From the IMG/VR virus record IMGVR_UViG_3300022413_000352, positions 2,903 to 66,902 of that record: DNA of 64,000 bases. One strand, 5' to 3'. The position numbers were made by a program, and so were the translations under genes. The notes beneath the pieces were generated by a model that saw nothing but the letters and a program-made list of their open reading frames with translations, was not told the DNA's origin and ran no database searches. Within the stretch, counting starts at the first letter, position 1. Every line of letters begins with the position of its first letter. Shown here piece by piece: positions 37,277 to 47,540 of this stretch. The DNA comes from a virus.

Positions 37277-39061
37277 TTATCCACCGCTACAATTAGACAC
37301 TGTTGGGTATGGATTTATGTTTTCCATCTGTCCAAATTGAAATAAAATCCCGGGCATGTGGCACCAAGCCGCTTCATATCCTGTCCCGCAGCCACCCGAT
37401 GAGTTAGGGTTTGACAGATACCCCGGCCCACCCCCCGTGTGCTTATATCCGTTCAGTAGGGTTGTATCTTGATAGTAGCGGTTACCGACGGCTGAGATAA
37501 TGTCGTTCACATGTTTAGTGTTTGTTGCGCCTTGTACGCCCGTACTCGTAAAGTCGCTGCAATCCCCATCAATTCGGTAGCGTGCGTCTGTCGCCTTTCC
37601 CGCGTCATCAGTCCCGTAAATGACAACAGTTCCATCCACTAATTTGTGCAGATACTGAAGGGCAAGTTTTAGGCTTTTTGGTCCGCCAAGATTGTGGGGG
37701 TAGCCGTCAGTAGTTGAGTAATCATATAAAGAAGTGTCACCAGTACGGGCGAAGGCTTCGGCTATATAGCTTGCTGGGCCTAGCACATTGGCGGGGTAGT
37801 AAAAACCCTTACACGGGTTTACGTTCAGTCCGTCTTCAAACCTGTCATTCCAACGGTAGGTGTCCCCTATCGCACCTGAAGGGTACATCCCATATCGTAC
37901 CATCTCGAAGAACCAACGCTTACCCAACTCTTTTAGATATGTATTGTCTAGTAAGATGCCAACAAGGGCAAAGTGTACGGTACCGCCCGCAGACTGGTTA
38001 GCCCATGATCCTTGTCCCCATGACCAAAAATTTCCCCCAAAATATAAATTATAGGCTGGGTCTTGGGGGGTGCCATCTTCGTCATAATTGTCAGCATTAC
38101 GATTTGGAAATCGTTTTTCTGCCCGAGAGATGCGCTCATGTCGCTCAAATCGTAAGCCACCCTTCAGAAACCACGCATCAATCGTGTTTCGATCAGGTGT
38201 GGGAATATAGTTGCGAATATAGCTATATCCGATCACCAATTTAGTCAGCCACGCATGGATACGTAAATAGGGATGAGTTCCATATTTTGGTGTTTCTTCC
38301 AGAATAGCAAGGCATGTGGCCCCACTCCATAAACTCGTGCTAGCCCAGTCTGTTCCGGTTGTTCCCGCTTGGGTAAGTAATTGATCTTTTACGGCATCTC
38401 TGTATGTGGTATTGCCCGTGACGGCAAAATAGAATGCGGCGTCTTTTAACTCTTTACCCGTACCAAATCCGAGCCCTGAAGTCTCGGTTGTATCGTAGCA
38501 TGTGCCTGTCGTATTACCAGCCCAACCTGAGGCGCTTGGTGTTGCCAGGAAATCTGAAGCCCTAGACACAATCCGATCCCAGTCACCAGGGCTGTTTGTA
38601 CTCACATCACCTGCTGTTTTGTAAGGTCCAGACGTTGATCGTGATAACCATTCTGTCACCTCTGCCTCTGTATGAAACATCCCTAAATAGGCAGGGTCGA
38701 GCGTTTTGGCATATTGTATGGTAGCACATGCCGATTCATTGTCGGCTGCATCCTTAGCGGTCACACAGTATGAATACGTGGTGTTATTAGGGCGTCCTGT
38801 GTCGCTGTATGCTGTTGTTGGGTGACTGACGGATGTCGCCTCGGTGGTAGGTGTGCAAATTCCTTGACATCTTTTTACTGAGTAACTCGTGACCCCTACA
38901 GCGTCTGTCGAGGCATCCCAATCTAAGTCAAGTTGAGTCTTGGATATCGGGGTAACAACAAAATTTCCAGGCACCGTTGGCGCAGTAACGTCTTGACCGA
39001 AAGCGCTCAGTGGGAAAAGAACAAGCGCAGCGATGAATAGCCGAGTGATGATCATATGCAC
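37277..39061 (-). CDS. Secreted FN3 plus alpha/alpha-toroid (alginate-lyase-like) protein
   Basis: Signal peptide ..LSAFG/QDVTAPTVP; LDWDASTDAVGVTSY FN3; helical domain with NQ..ALVGILLDN..D..R..YY pattern. Confidence 0.6.
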   Translation of the reverse strand: MHMIITRLFIAALVLFPLSAFGQDVTAPTVPGNFVVTPISKTQLDLDWDASTDAVGVTSYSVKRCQGICTPTTEATSVSHPTTAYSDTGRPNNTTYSYCVTAKDAADNESACATIQYAKTLDPAYLGMFHTEAEVTEWLSRSTSGPYKTAGDVSTNSPGDWDRIVSRASDFLATPSASGWAGNTTGTCYDTTETSGLGFGTGKELKDAAFYFAVTGNTTYRDAVKDQLLTQAGTTGTDWASTSLWSGATCLAILEETPKYGTHPYLRIHAWLTKLVIGYSYIRNYIPTPDRNTIDAWFLKGGLRFERHERISRAEKRFPNRNADNYDEDGTPQDPAYNLYFGGNFWSWGQGSWANQSAGGTVHFALVGILLDNTYLKELGKRWFFEMVRYGMYPSGAIGDTYRWNDRFEDGLNVNPCKGFYYPANVLGPASYIAEAFARTGDTSLYDYSTTDGYPHNLGGPKSLKLALQYLHKLVDGTVVIYGTDDAGKATDARYRIDGDCSDFTSTGVQGATNTKHVNDIISAVGNRYYQDTTLLNGYKHTGGGPGYLSNPNSSGGCGTGYEAAWCHMPGILFQFGQMENINPYPTVSNCSGG

Positions 39062-39206
39062 GCCATCCTTTTGAAATTACAGTGTGACTTACTACTATAT
39101 TTTATATGGCTAATACAAAAGGATGCAAACATTTACTACTCAATATTTTAGTTGTTTACCTACGCTTTTTGTGGTACCATTTTATACATTAGAGAAAGGT
39201 TTTCCT

Positions 39207-39419
39207 ATGACATTGGGTGAACGTCTACGGTTGTTACGTATGAGCCATGGATTGACACAAAATGACCTTGCACGTTTAGCTGGTGTAACACGTCCGTTGA
39301 TAAGTCGTCTAGAGCGGAACCAACGGGCTGGGATAAACCTTAAAACCGCAAGGTTATTGGCTCAAGCAATGAACATATCCATTGACGAGCTAGTGGGTGA
39401 TTCTCAAATAGTAGATTAA
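39207..39419 (+). CDS. XRE-family HTH regulator preceding the tra operon
   Basis: MTLGERLRLLR..LTQNDLA..ISRLE..LAQAMNISIDEL. Confidence 0.85.
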   Translation: MTLGERLRLLRMSHGLTQNDLARLAGVTRPLISRLERNQRAGINLKTARLLAQAMNISIDELVGDSQIVD

Positions 39420-39512
39420 TACTGCTGACCAGGAGCTACATGCCTGCAAAACCCGATCAGCAGCAAAGTAGAGTCTAAAGACTCATCTCATGATATCACA
39501 AGGAGTTACTCA

Positions 39513-39950
39513 ATGCACCAGTCTCGTAGCATCACATCTATCAACACCCTAATAGTGATCGCATCAATCATTCTAGTTGATACCGCCCTCGCATCCACAG
39601 GTGTGACGCCATCTCCGGGGCAAACCCCAGCTGCTGCTCAAACTGTGTTCTCAAGCTGGGATAGTATCGTGTCTTCAAATGTGATTCCATTGGGTGCATT
39701 AGCTGTCGGTATTGCTGCCATTTTTGCTGGCATTCGAGCTGGCAGTGGTGGACTTATTGGTGGTGGAATCATTGGGTTATTGGCTGCCATTCTTATGACA
39801 GCGCTACCTGCAATTGTTCAGGAAGGCGCAGCTGGTGCCTCATGGGGATTAGCCGCATCGGCACAGAGTAACATCCTCACAACCCTGCTGCCGTTCACTC
39901 TCGCGGTTCACGCCGTCGTGCGATACACCCGCCAGCGCTTGTTGGTATAG
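39513..39950 (+). CDS. Conjugative pilin-like protein (TraA/VirB2-like)
   Basis: Leader ending ALA, two Gly/Ala-rich hydrophobic helices; first gene of the tra cluster. Confidence 0.6.
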   Translation: MHQSRSITSINTLIVIASIILVDTALASTGVTPSPGQTPAAAQTVFSSWDSIVSSNVIPLGALAVGIAAIFAGIRAGSGGLIGGGIIGLLAAILMTALPAIVQEGAAGASWGLAASAQSNILTTLLPFTLAVHAVVRYTRQRLLV

Positions 39951-39952
39951 CT

Positions 39953-40273
39953 ATGGCATCTGCACTATGGAACAGCGCCCCAACACAGCAAGACGAGCCG
40001 TTGACGATCTTTGGTGGTTTGCGTGCAGTTGACGCTGCGCTCACGTTCTTTACGTTCTTCAGTTCATACATGTTACTACAGGCATTTACCACCTTGAGAT
40101 ACCTACTCGTGTTTGGGTCCGCCATCGGACTCAGTATCGCGTTCTATCTCGCGCTGTTAGGTGTCAGGCAGATTGGCCCCGACGGGTTTCATTGGTCGTT
40201 TCTGCACTGGTTTGGCGTTATACCGATTCGTGGCGCAGTACCAGCCAAAGGTGTAAAGCATGAACCTTTTTAA
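39953..40273 (+). CDS. TraL-like membrane protein
   Basis: DEPLTIFGG, two TM segments, PDGF..FLHWFG; position after pilin. Confidence 0.6.
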   Translation: MASALWNSAPTQQDEPLTIFGGLRAVDAALTFFTFFSSYMLLQAFTTLRYLLVFGSAIGLSIAFYLALLGVRQIGPDGFHWSFLHWFGVIPIRGAVPAKGVKHEPF

Positions 40274-40457
40274 TACTATCGATTTGGGATATGCGATTGT
40301 TGTTGCGGGTGCTATTAGCCTTGGGATGTCTATTGCGTTAACGGCATTTGCCGCAGTGTCTATCGTGTTCAGATTAGGCATCGGGATTATCATGGGGCTG
40401 ATCGTTTTGCGCCTCTTAGAAGCGATTGCAGCGGGAGACGTCCATGGACTTATTTGA
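40260..40457 (+). CDS. Small membrane protein
   Basis: 65 aa, two hydrophobic helices, overlaps both neighbours. Confidence 0.5.
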   Translation: MNLFNTIDLGYAIVVAGAISLGMSIALTAFAAVSIVFRLGIGIIMGLIVLRLLEAIAAGDVHGLI

Positions 40458-41109
40458 CACGTCTGCACCCCGTGAACATGCTAGAGCAATAGTGCTTATA
40501 TTTGCGCTAGTGCTCAGTATTGCAGGTAACGTCGTATCAGTCTTCTGGTACGGCGGTAAGACGATTCACTATATCCCGGTGACGTCAACGGGTGAAGTGG
40601 GCGCGATGCAAACCAGTCGTCCAGGTGAATTCCCGGTATCCATTCAACGCAACGTGGCAGAGCTAGTCGTCCTTACACTGGGCAACACGACGTCAGATAG
40701 CCTGATGGCGTCAATCCAAACGGTGCGCCCTTACCTTAGTCCTGCAACTTACACCGCGTTACATGCTCAAGGGACATCCGAAGTAAGCCCTATGCAAACC
40801 GCTGATATCTCAATCATGACGACTGATCTCAAGCTAGAAAACGTCGCTCCGGTTGGCTTGCTTAGGCGGTTTCGGTTTAGCGCCATGCGTCGTATGTATA
40901 GCTACGGTATGGCGCTCGATCCTCACCCAGTAACGGTTGTTGTTGACGTTATGCCGCCGCAGGTGGGCACAGGGCTCGCAAGCTCATTGCAGGTATCTCA
41001 TATCGCGTGGCCAGAACTGAAAATCAAGGATGGCAGCTTTCAAGATTTCAGTTTTACCGAACAATTAATCAATGCACATGTGCCATTTAGACGCGGAGTA
41101 ACAAAGTGA
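40444..41109 (+). CDS. TraE-like T4SS protein
   Basis: N-terminal TM, IHYIP, LTLGNTT..YLSP; L-E-K-B-V-C synteny. Confidence 0.65.
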   Translation: MDLFDTSAPREHARAIVLIFALVLSIAGNVVSVFWYGGKTIHYIPVTSTGEVGAMQTSRPGEFPVSIQRNVAELVVLTLGNTTSDSLMASIQTVRPYLSPATYTALHAQGTSEVSPMQTADISIMTTDLKLENVAPVGLLRRFRFSAMRRMYSYGMALDPHPVTVVVDVMPPQVGTGLASSLQVSHIAWPELKIKDGSFQDFSFTEQLINAHVPFRRGVTK

Positions 41110-41846
41110 TAAAACGCGGAGGGTTAGCAGCTCTTTTTCTGTGCATACTCACTACGACTCTATCCGCTCATGAAATCGAAGTGATGTATGATCGCCAAGA
41201 CGCCGTTAAAGTTGCCGTTCACTATAAGAAAATGACAACGATCGCCTTTTGGGATGTGGTCGCCAACGTGAGCACTACGATACCAGCAACGACGTTAGAT
41301 ATTCGCAAAGACGAGTTGTTCCCACATACGATTACCCTGTCCAATCTGAAAAAAAAGACGACTGGCACGGTATACGTAACGCTCGCTAGCGGGGTTGTGG
41401 TTCATATCGACATCCGGTACTGGGGTAGGATCACTCAGAAAGTTATTGTCAAAGACGCCCGTACAGAAGCTCAGAAGGCTGTACAACAAGCCAAAGCCAA
41501 AACCGGCATGACGATAGACGAGCGCACTCTTCGGACACTGTGGGCTGTCCAGTGGGGCCTGAAGACGGATACGAGCGTACAAGTCACCAAACAAAGCCAA
41601 CTACTCAACCGTAACGATCACCGTGAGGTCGTTTTGACCACAAGATACCAGACGGTGGGGTTTACTGGTTTTACTCAGTCTATCCACAACCGATCGTCTG
41701 AGCCAATCCAGATACACCCGGCAACCGTTACAACCGATTGTGATCTATTCAGTGTGAGCGTCGAAGGCGCGTATACGGTGCAGCCAGGACAACGGGCTGT
41801 GGTTCACATCGTATGCAAGGGAGCCACTCATGCCACGTTTCGCTGA
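41106..41846 (+). CDS. TraK-like outer-membrane core protein
   Basis: Signal peptide, beta-rich; C-terminal IHNRSSEPIQI..VQPGQRAVVHIV; synteny. Confidence 0.6.
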   Translation: MIKRGGLAALFLCILTTTLSAHEIEVMYDRQDAVKVAVHYKKMTTIAFWDVVANVSTTIPATTLDIRKDELFPHTITLSNLKKKTTGTVYVTLASGVVVHIDIRYWGRITQKVIVKDARTEAQKAVQQAKAKTGMTIDERTLRTLWAVQWGLKTDTSVQVTKQSQLLNRNDHREVVLTTRYQTVGFTGFTQSIHNRSSEPIQIHPATVTTDCDLFSVSVEGAYTVQPGQRAVVHIVCKGATHATFR

Positions 41847-42969
41847 GGCTTTCCTAAGGCTACTTTCTCACTGGATCACAGTTGTTGTCGGTATCGTGGT
41901 GATTACAGCAGCCGTGTTTGTCTATAACCGATCTGCTCAGAGCCAGGATACAACACCCTTAGCAACCTATCACACCGGTGGGTTGGCACCCAGTGAAGAC
42001 GCCGGTATTTTGGGCGGGATAGCGGCTCAACAACAAAAAACGGACGTGCTGACACGGCAACTACACGACATGAAAGCGAAGCTAGAGCAACTTGAGCGCA
42101 AACCCGATCCCCCATCGAACACTAAAGCGAATCAGTTGTTGCGGGAACAACTCAGAGCACTACAAGCCCAAGTCGCGCAAAACAACGCGCTTCGCAATAG
42201 GTCTACCCCGGCGCAGCTACCCCCTCAACCTCCGCCTGTTTCTGTGAGGGTTATTCAGGGTTCCCGCGCAGGCGTCACAGTGTCTAACCGGATTCAAGTA
42301 GCTGGAAATCGCGCTGCATCACCCACAGCACCTGCACCGTACTTACCCCCACAATCGTTTGCTAGGGGGCGCGTTAAGGATGGCTATACTGGACTCGCCA
42401 GTATCGAAACTTTCCCGGTGACGATTGAGGTAACATCCGCATTTAATGCGCCAAACGGGCACACTGTCCCACTCACGGGCTGCCGGTTTGGCGCGACTTC
42501 GACGCCTGAAGAACTGACGGCACGCGGGCGCTTAGCCCTAACCCGGATCACCTGCGTCAATGCCAACGGGATCACCATTGAACGTCCGATTTCAGGCTAT
42601 GTGACAGCCGCTGACAATATCAACGGACAGATTGCGCAAGTCTTTTGGCACGAGAGAGAAGTGGTGGCGGCATTCGCTAAGAGTGCGGTTCCGGCTGCTC
42701 TGGTCTCTCTCTTTAAAGAAACCCGCCGAGTGGTGGATGTTGCGACGCTTACTGGCGTTCTGGTGCAGTCGAGCAACACCGTAGCTCAAGAAGTGGCGGG
42801 GCGGATGGCGGATATCTACTTAGATAAGGCTGAGAAACTGGCGTCACCCATTATCTGGGTAGCGCCTGACACACCCATTTACATTTACATCACGCAAGGG
42901 GCACGGCTTGATGGGCTTCAAACAATCGAACCCACACGTGAGCCACTAGCCCGGAGGATTTTGAAATGA
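41830..42969 (+). CDS. traB: TraB/VirB10-like T4SS core protein
   Basis: TM, coiled coil, Pro-rich linker; YLPPQSFARG..PNG..LTGC..RITCV..ISGYV..DNINGQ. Confidence 0.8.
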   Translation: MPRFAEAFLRLLSHWITVVVGIVVITAAVFVYNRSAQSQDTTPLATYHTGGLAPSEDAGILGGIAAQQQKTDVLTRQLHDMKAKLEQLERKPDPPSNTKANQLLREQLRALQAQVAQNNALRNRSTPAQLPPQPPPVSVRVIQGSRAGVTVSNRIQVAGNRAASPTAPAPYLPPQSFARGRVKDGYTGLASIETFPVTIEVTSAFNAPNGHTVPLTGCRFGATSTPEELTARGRLALTRITCVNANGITIERPISGYVTAADNINGQIAQVFWHEREVVAAFAKSAVPAALVSLFKETRRVVDVATLTGVLVQSSNTVAQEVAGRMADIYLDKAEKLASPIIWVAPDTPIYIYITQGARLDGLQTIEPTREPLARRILK

Positions 42970-43427
42970 TACGGTATCTGATTCTCATTCTAGGCGTACT
43001 CGCTTTAATGCCAGCTTGTGCCAAGTACAATACTCATCTTGGGCGGGTGAATCACGACAACAGCCCATTCACGTCGTCACAACAGGGCGCTGCAAGCGTG
43101 TCGTACGGCGGTGCGCCTATCAATATCGTGCCCCAATTGGTTTTGCCCATTACTCGTACTGTTTGGATCAAAGGGCATCGACGCCCGAATGGCGATTACG
43201 TAGGTGATTACCCCCTGACAATCGTATTTACACAGGGGCAATTTGAGCACGTACAGAAACAGAACCCAGTCATTCCGCAATCTATTTCACTAGCTGATGG
43301 TTACCACGAACCAGGCAAGGCAATAACGGATCGCCTACCGACTATGACGTTACCTACAGGTGCCCAGTTACAGGGTGTCATTGAAGCCACCAAATCGCGA
43401 TTAGGGGCTGCCAATGATACCAAGTAA
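42966..43427 (+). CDS. TraV-like lipoprotein
   Basis: LMPAC lipobox; TVWIKGHRRPNGDYV resembles the TraV RVWI..GD motif. Confidence 0.65.
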   Translation: MIRYLILILGVLALMPACAKYNTHLGRVNHDNSPFTSSQQGAASVSYGGAPINIVPQLVLPITRTVWIKGHRRPNGDYVGDYPLTIVFTQGQFEHVQKQNPVIPQSISLADGYHEPGKAITDRLPTMTLPTGAQLQGVIEATKSRLGAANDTK

Positions 43428-45840
43428 TATGTTGCTACCCTATGGCACGATGCTGGACGACAAAGGTATTGTGTTGCTTCACAGACCTGCTAAGTTTGGA
43501 CCGCTTAGCCGATTTGCCTTAGGTTGTGTGTTTGAGGTAACGCCCCTGGATATCGATCTACTTTCAGAAAGCGAAGTGGAACGAGCAGCGGCAGACGTCA
43601 AAGCGCTTATCTTAAACTTGAAGCCGTCGGCAATCCTAGACGTACGGTTGGATATGCGCCCCATTACGAACGTTCCGGCATGGGACAAGGCTCACGAAAC
43701 GCAGCATGATCCCGATACACAGCTTGTGCGTGAGCACATTGCCAATGGGATGCCCCACACGCCAGGCGCTAGCCCGATGCGGCTTACTGAGTGTAAAGTG
43801 ACGATTGGCTACCGCTACCCTCTTAAAGGCAATACCCGGCAGATACGCCAAATCTTAGACGTCCTAGCTCAGATTAAACCGTGGGGTAATGCGGCAGCGG
43901 CAACGGTATTGAAAGAGCGCCTAGAAGCCGAGTTTAACGAACAGCTTGTGGCGTTTGAATCCACAGTTACCGGTATCGAGAGATCCTTGCGCCTATTGGA
44001 TCTTACCCCGGTTCGACTGGATGGTACTGGGCTTATCAGTGCACTCAACCGGGCGGCGGGGCCAGATGCGACAGCGCCCACTGTGTACGACCCGGATATG
44101 AGTATTGGTGAGCAAATACATGTACCGTACGATCTGGGTGATACAACTATAAAAACGGTCAATCATACCGCTACCGTCTACACGTTAGAGCGCAGTGCAG
44201 CCGATGCGTTTGCTGGCATTCTGGGCGCATGTCGCACGCCTGAGGTAAATGTACACGGGTTGCCACTCGGTGAATTGGGTACACCGCTCTCCATTGCAGT
44301 GACAATCATGGTTAAGGATCAAGCCAGGAAGCGTACCACGTTATCGCTCAAGCACAGTCTAGCAAACTTGCTCAAGGTGGGTGGGCTGGGTGAAGAACGG
44401 AAAGACGCTGAACAGCAAGTAGACGCTCTCGGTGAACTCATTGCAGCCATGGCAGACGGTAGTGAGCAAGTACACGACGCGATGGTAAGTGCAGTGCTGT
44501 GGACCCGAAATGGTGAGACCCTCACTGATAGTCTATTTCAGAAAATGTCGTTGGACATGGCGATACACTGGTATAAAGAGCCGTTTATCGCCAGCACGTT
44601 ATTCTTACGTGGTTTACCGATTGGGTGTGATCCCGGCTTTCCAAATGAAAACTTCGTGCGTCGCTCACGTCAGATTGCGACTCGTACACTTGCCCGCTTA
44701 GTGCCGCTGTGGGGCGCATTCCAGGGAAGCCGAACCCCAACCGCGCTTTATGTGAACCGTCGCGGCGAGCCTGTGTTCTTTGATTTGTTCGATCGCACGG
44801 GTACCCCTCATATGACGATTGTGGGCAAGTCCCGGCGGGGAAAGTCAGCTTTTCTCAATACCTATATTAATCAGATTAGCCCGGACGACTACCTCGTCTA
44901 TATTCTTGATCGATATGGCTCATACGACGAAATGGCACGCCGTCGAAAGGGTAAGCTGGTTAAGTTTAACGCCACAACTCCAATTTGTATTGGTCCTATG
45001 GAAGGCGCTTTAGACGCACGCCACTGTCAGCATATGGCAATGATTATTGAAGAAATGGCAATGGCAGGCTTTCAGGATCAACACGTAAGCCCGGACGAAC
45101 GAACGCTGATTGGTAATTACATTCAAGACTGGGCGCTCAAGGGGCCGACAGCTCAAACCATGTCTGACTTTGTGGCGTACTTAGGCAGCAATGGTGATAC
45201 ATTTGCCAGACAGCTACAACTACTACTAGGTCCGTATATCAAGGATGGACGGTATGCCCCGTTTATCGACGGACCCAATCAATTGGGCATTGCCGACAGC
45301 TCGTTTTGGGTAGCGGATATCGCCGGATTAGAGGACTTTCCCGAACTACAGTCGATCATTATCGCATCTCTATTTACCTCACTTGAGCGGCATATCACAA
45401 ACTCGGATCTAATGAATATCCGTAAAATTCTCGCAGCCGATGAGGTGTCTTTCCTGATACGCAACCCACAGGCGGCAGAGTTCTTGCGCAAGTTGGCTGT
45501 TGCTCTGGCGCGGTTTTTTGCGTCGTTTGTCCTGATCTCACAATCGATGAGTGATTTTTTAACCGATCTGGGATCAGCCGCTGTAAAGATGAGTGATACC
45601 CATATCTTTTTTAACCTTGGACGACAAGAGCTTCATGAAATATCCGAAGTTTTTAAGCTGTCGGAGCACACGGCTGACTCAATTGTAAGCCTGCGTAAAT
45701 ATGAGGATTGTTCAGAGTGTGTCATCCGCTTTGAAGAAGGTGAAGGCGGTGCGGGAATCATTCGCGTGGTACCGCCACCCGAGTTTATCCAAGCCATAGG
45801 GCAATCTGAAGCCCATAGAGCGGCCAGAGGAGTTGTCTGA
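43414..45840 (+). CDS. traC: VirB4/TraC conjugative ATPase
   Basis: NRRGEPVFFDLF; Walker A GKSRRGKS; ILDRYGSY; Walker B ILAADE; ISQSMSDF. Confidence 0.9.
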   Translation: MIPSNMLLPYGTMLDDKGIVLLHRPAKFGPLSRFALGCVFEVTPLDIDLLSESEVERAAADVKALILNLKPSAILDVRLDMRPITNVPAWDKAHETQHDPDTQLVREHIANGMPHTPGASPMRLTECKVTIGYRYPLKGNTRQIRQILDVLAQIKPWGNAAAATVLKERLEAEFNEQLVAFESTVTGIERSLRLLDLTPVRLDGTGLISALNRAAGPDATAPTVYDPDMSIGEQIHVPYDLGDTTIKTVNHTATVYTLERSAADAFAGILGACRTPEVNVHGLPLGELGTPLSIAVTIMVKDQARKRTTLSLKHSLANLLKVGGLGEERKDAEQQVDALGELIAAMADGSEQVHDAMVSAVLWTRNGETLTDSLFQKMSLDMAIHWYKEPFIASTLFLRGLPIGCDPGFPNENFVRRSRQIATRTLARLVPLWGAFQGSRTPTALYVNRRGEPVFFDLFDRTGTPHMTIVGKSRRGKSAFLNTYINQISPDDYLVYILDRYGSYDEMARRRKGKLVKFNATTPICIGPMEGALDARHCQHMAMIIEEMAMAGFQDQHVSPDERTLIGNYIQDWALKGPTAQTMSDFVAYLGSNGDTFARQLQLLLGPYIKDGRYAPFIDGPNQLGIADSSFWVADIAGLEDFPELQSIIIASLFTSLERHITNSDLMNIRKILAADEVSFLIRNPQAAEFLRKLAVALARFFASFVLISQSMSDFLTDLGSAAVKMSDTHIFFNLGRQELHEISEVFKLSEHTADSIVSLRKYEDCSECVIRFEEGEGGAGIIRVVPPPEFIQAIGQSEAHRAARGVV

Positions 45841-47090
45841 TGCACCGCACTGTTATTGCGCTCATTCTGTTAGCTCTCAGCGCTCATGCCGTGGTTGCTC
45901 AAACCATATTCGAGGAAGGGCTTAACGCCAACCTATCAGGCATAAGCGTGACACACAATCCCAATTACTTCAGGGGATCGCTAAACTTCGACCCGATCCT
46001 ACCCCCAAACCGCACCACATTATTTCGCGGGCGGGCAGAGTCCGGTGATTTTTGTAACTTCGATTTAGTGGCGACGATGTTCCAAGAATTCGCTGAGCTG
46101 CCCGGTTTGCTGATTGAGCTGTTGCCGCTGATTATTGCGGGGATCGGCATCCACTTTCTATGCGCCACGTTCCCAGAGCAGTGCTCGTTGATGAAGGATA
46201 TTAAGAACTACGCCAATCTCGTTTTACGGTTTCAACGGGCTAGTTGTAATGAAGTAGTCGAGTCTGCGATGTATGGCGGAGTTGAGGCGAGTAACAGTGC
46301 CCTGGGCGAATGTTTCCGTGACGCCGCCCCAGGCGAATCAAGTCAAGCGGTATGGCGTCGCTGTCGTGAAGATCGCGGCGGCTTTATCCCACTACCAAAT
46401 GGCGGTAGAGGAACGGAAGTTGACGTGATTGCCATAATTCTAGAAACGGCTGGCGTTCCCCCTGAAGATGCAGCTCGAATCCAAGGGTATACGGGATCAT
46501 TTACGATCTTCTCCCAGGGTAACGTTTTCTCAACCGCGAAGACTGCCCCAACAGAGTCGGCAATCACTTACTATGCTGCTCGAAAAGAGGAATTTGCCGA
46601 GACGGTGGCTGAATTGGTGTCGGATGCCGTAGGTGGCAATCAACCGTCTGCTGAGCAACTCGCGGGGGTATCCGTTCCTGGTACGCCGTTACCTGTGGCA
46701 GCAATCGACTCTATAGCGGGTGAGCGCAACGCCACGATGCGAGCCTATAAATCTCAGGCATTAGCAGCACAACTGGCACTGGCTAGGTCCAAGTGGGACT
46801 TGACTGAGGACTTGCACAAGCTTGAGAAAGCGATACAGGCTTCTGAGATCACGCCGGATCAAGCCAAAGTAGCGCACTTGGCACTCGCCAACTTTAAGCA
46901 TGAGATTAACCGGTTAGAAGAGCTAAAAAAGATCGTCGATGAGCACTACCGCCCGGCTGTCGAAGGCTTGCTAGAAGCACGGGCGAATCAATTGCTAGAG
47001 GCGACGATCGCATCTGCACAGGTTCAGCCAACGCAGAATTCCGCCAGCCGTTATCCGGATGGTCAAACCTCATTCGGTTACTCACAATAG
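45840..47090 (+). CDS. Secreted conjugation protein (TraH-like / ICE periplasmic family)
   Basis: Signal peptide; CNFD..P..C..L..ASC Cys pattern; position between TraC and TraG-like. Confidence 0.5.
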   Translation: MHRTVIALILLALSAHAVVAQTIFEEGLNANLSGISVTHNPNYFRGSLNFDPILPPNRTTLFRGRAESGDFCNFDLVATMFQEFAELPGLLIELLPLIIAGIGIHFLCATFPEQCSLMKDIKNYANLVLRFQRASCNEVVESAMYGGVEASNSALGECFRDAAPGESSQAVWRRCREDRGGFIPLPNGGRGTEVDVIAIILETAGVPPEDAARIQGYTGSFTIFSQGNVFSTAKTAPTESAITYYAARKEEFAETVAELVSDAVGGNQPSAEQLAGVSVPGTPLPVAAIDSIAGERNATMRAYKSQALAAQLALARSKWDLTEDLHKLEKAIQASEITPDQAKVAHLALANFKHEINRLEELKKIVDEHYRPAVEGLLEARANQLLEATIASAQVQPTQNSASRYPDGQTSFGYSQ

Positions 47091-47099
47091 GTTAACACT

Positions 47100-47540
47100 A
47101 TGTTTATATTCCCGTTAACCCTATCAGAGGCAAGCGGCACCTTCGTTGGGCTGGAAGCCCAGGCACTGATTCGTTCAGCCCTTGGACCTGCACCGGCCCT
47201 AGTAATCTTATCGGGTGCGGCATTTATCGGGCTTGGAATGATACGGGGGCACCGTCGGCTAGTTGATCTTGCGTTTTATCTGTTCGCCAGTTTACTCACG
47301 CTCTCTTTGATATGGCCCGCATCGTCTTCCGTTTCCCCCTCAGATGTGCAATCACAAGCAGCGTCAGGGCAAGCCATTCAAGACGCATCGGGTTTGCTAC
47401 CAGGGCGAGCGGGGTTACAAATTCCAAGGGTAGAGGTGGAATTGCTGCGGGCCATATCGGGTATGTGGGTAAACGTTGCCAGAGCAATTAACAGCGACGG
47501 GGATCGCCCCTTCAGTGAAGTTGCCCGATCTCGTGGTTGA
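47100..47540 (+). CDS. TraG_N-like protein, N-terminal part (possibly frameshifted)
   Basis: Two TM helices; overlaps the next ORF in the -1 frame. Confidence 0.5.
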   Translation: MFIFPLTLSEASGTFVGLEAQALIRSALGPAPALVILSGAAFIGLGMIRGHRRLVDLAFYLFASLLTLSLIWPASSSVSPSDVQSQAASGQAIQDASGLLPGRAGLQIPRVEVELLRAISGMWVNVARAINSDGDRPFSEVARSRG

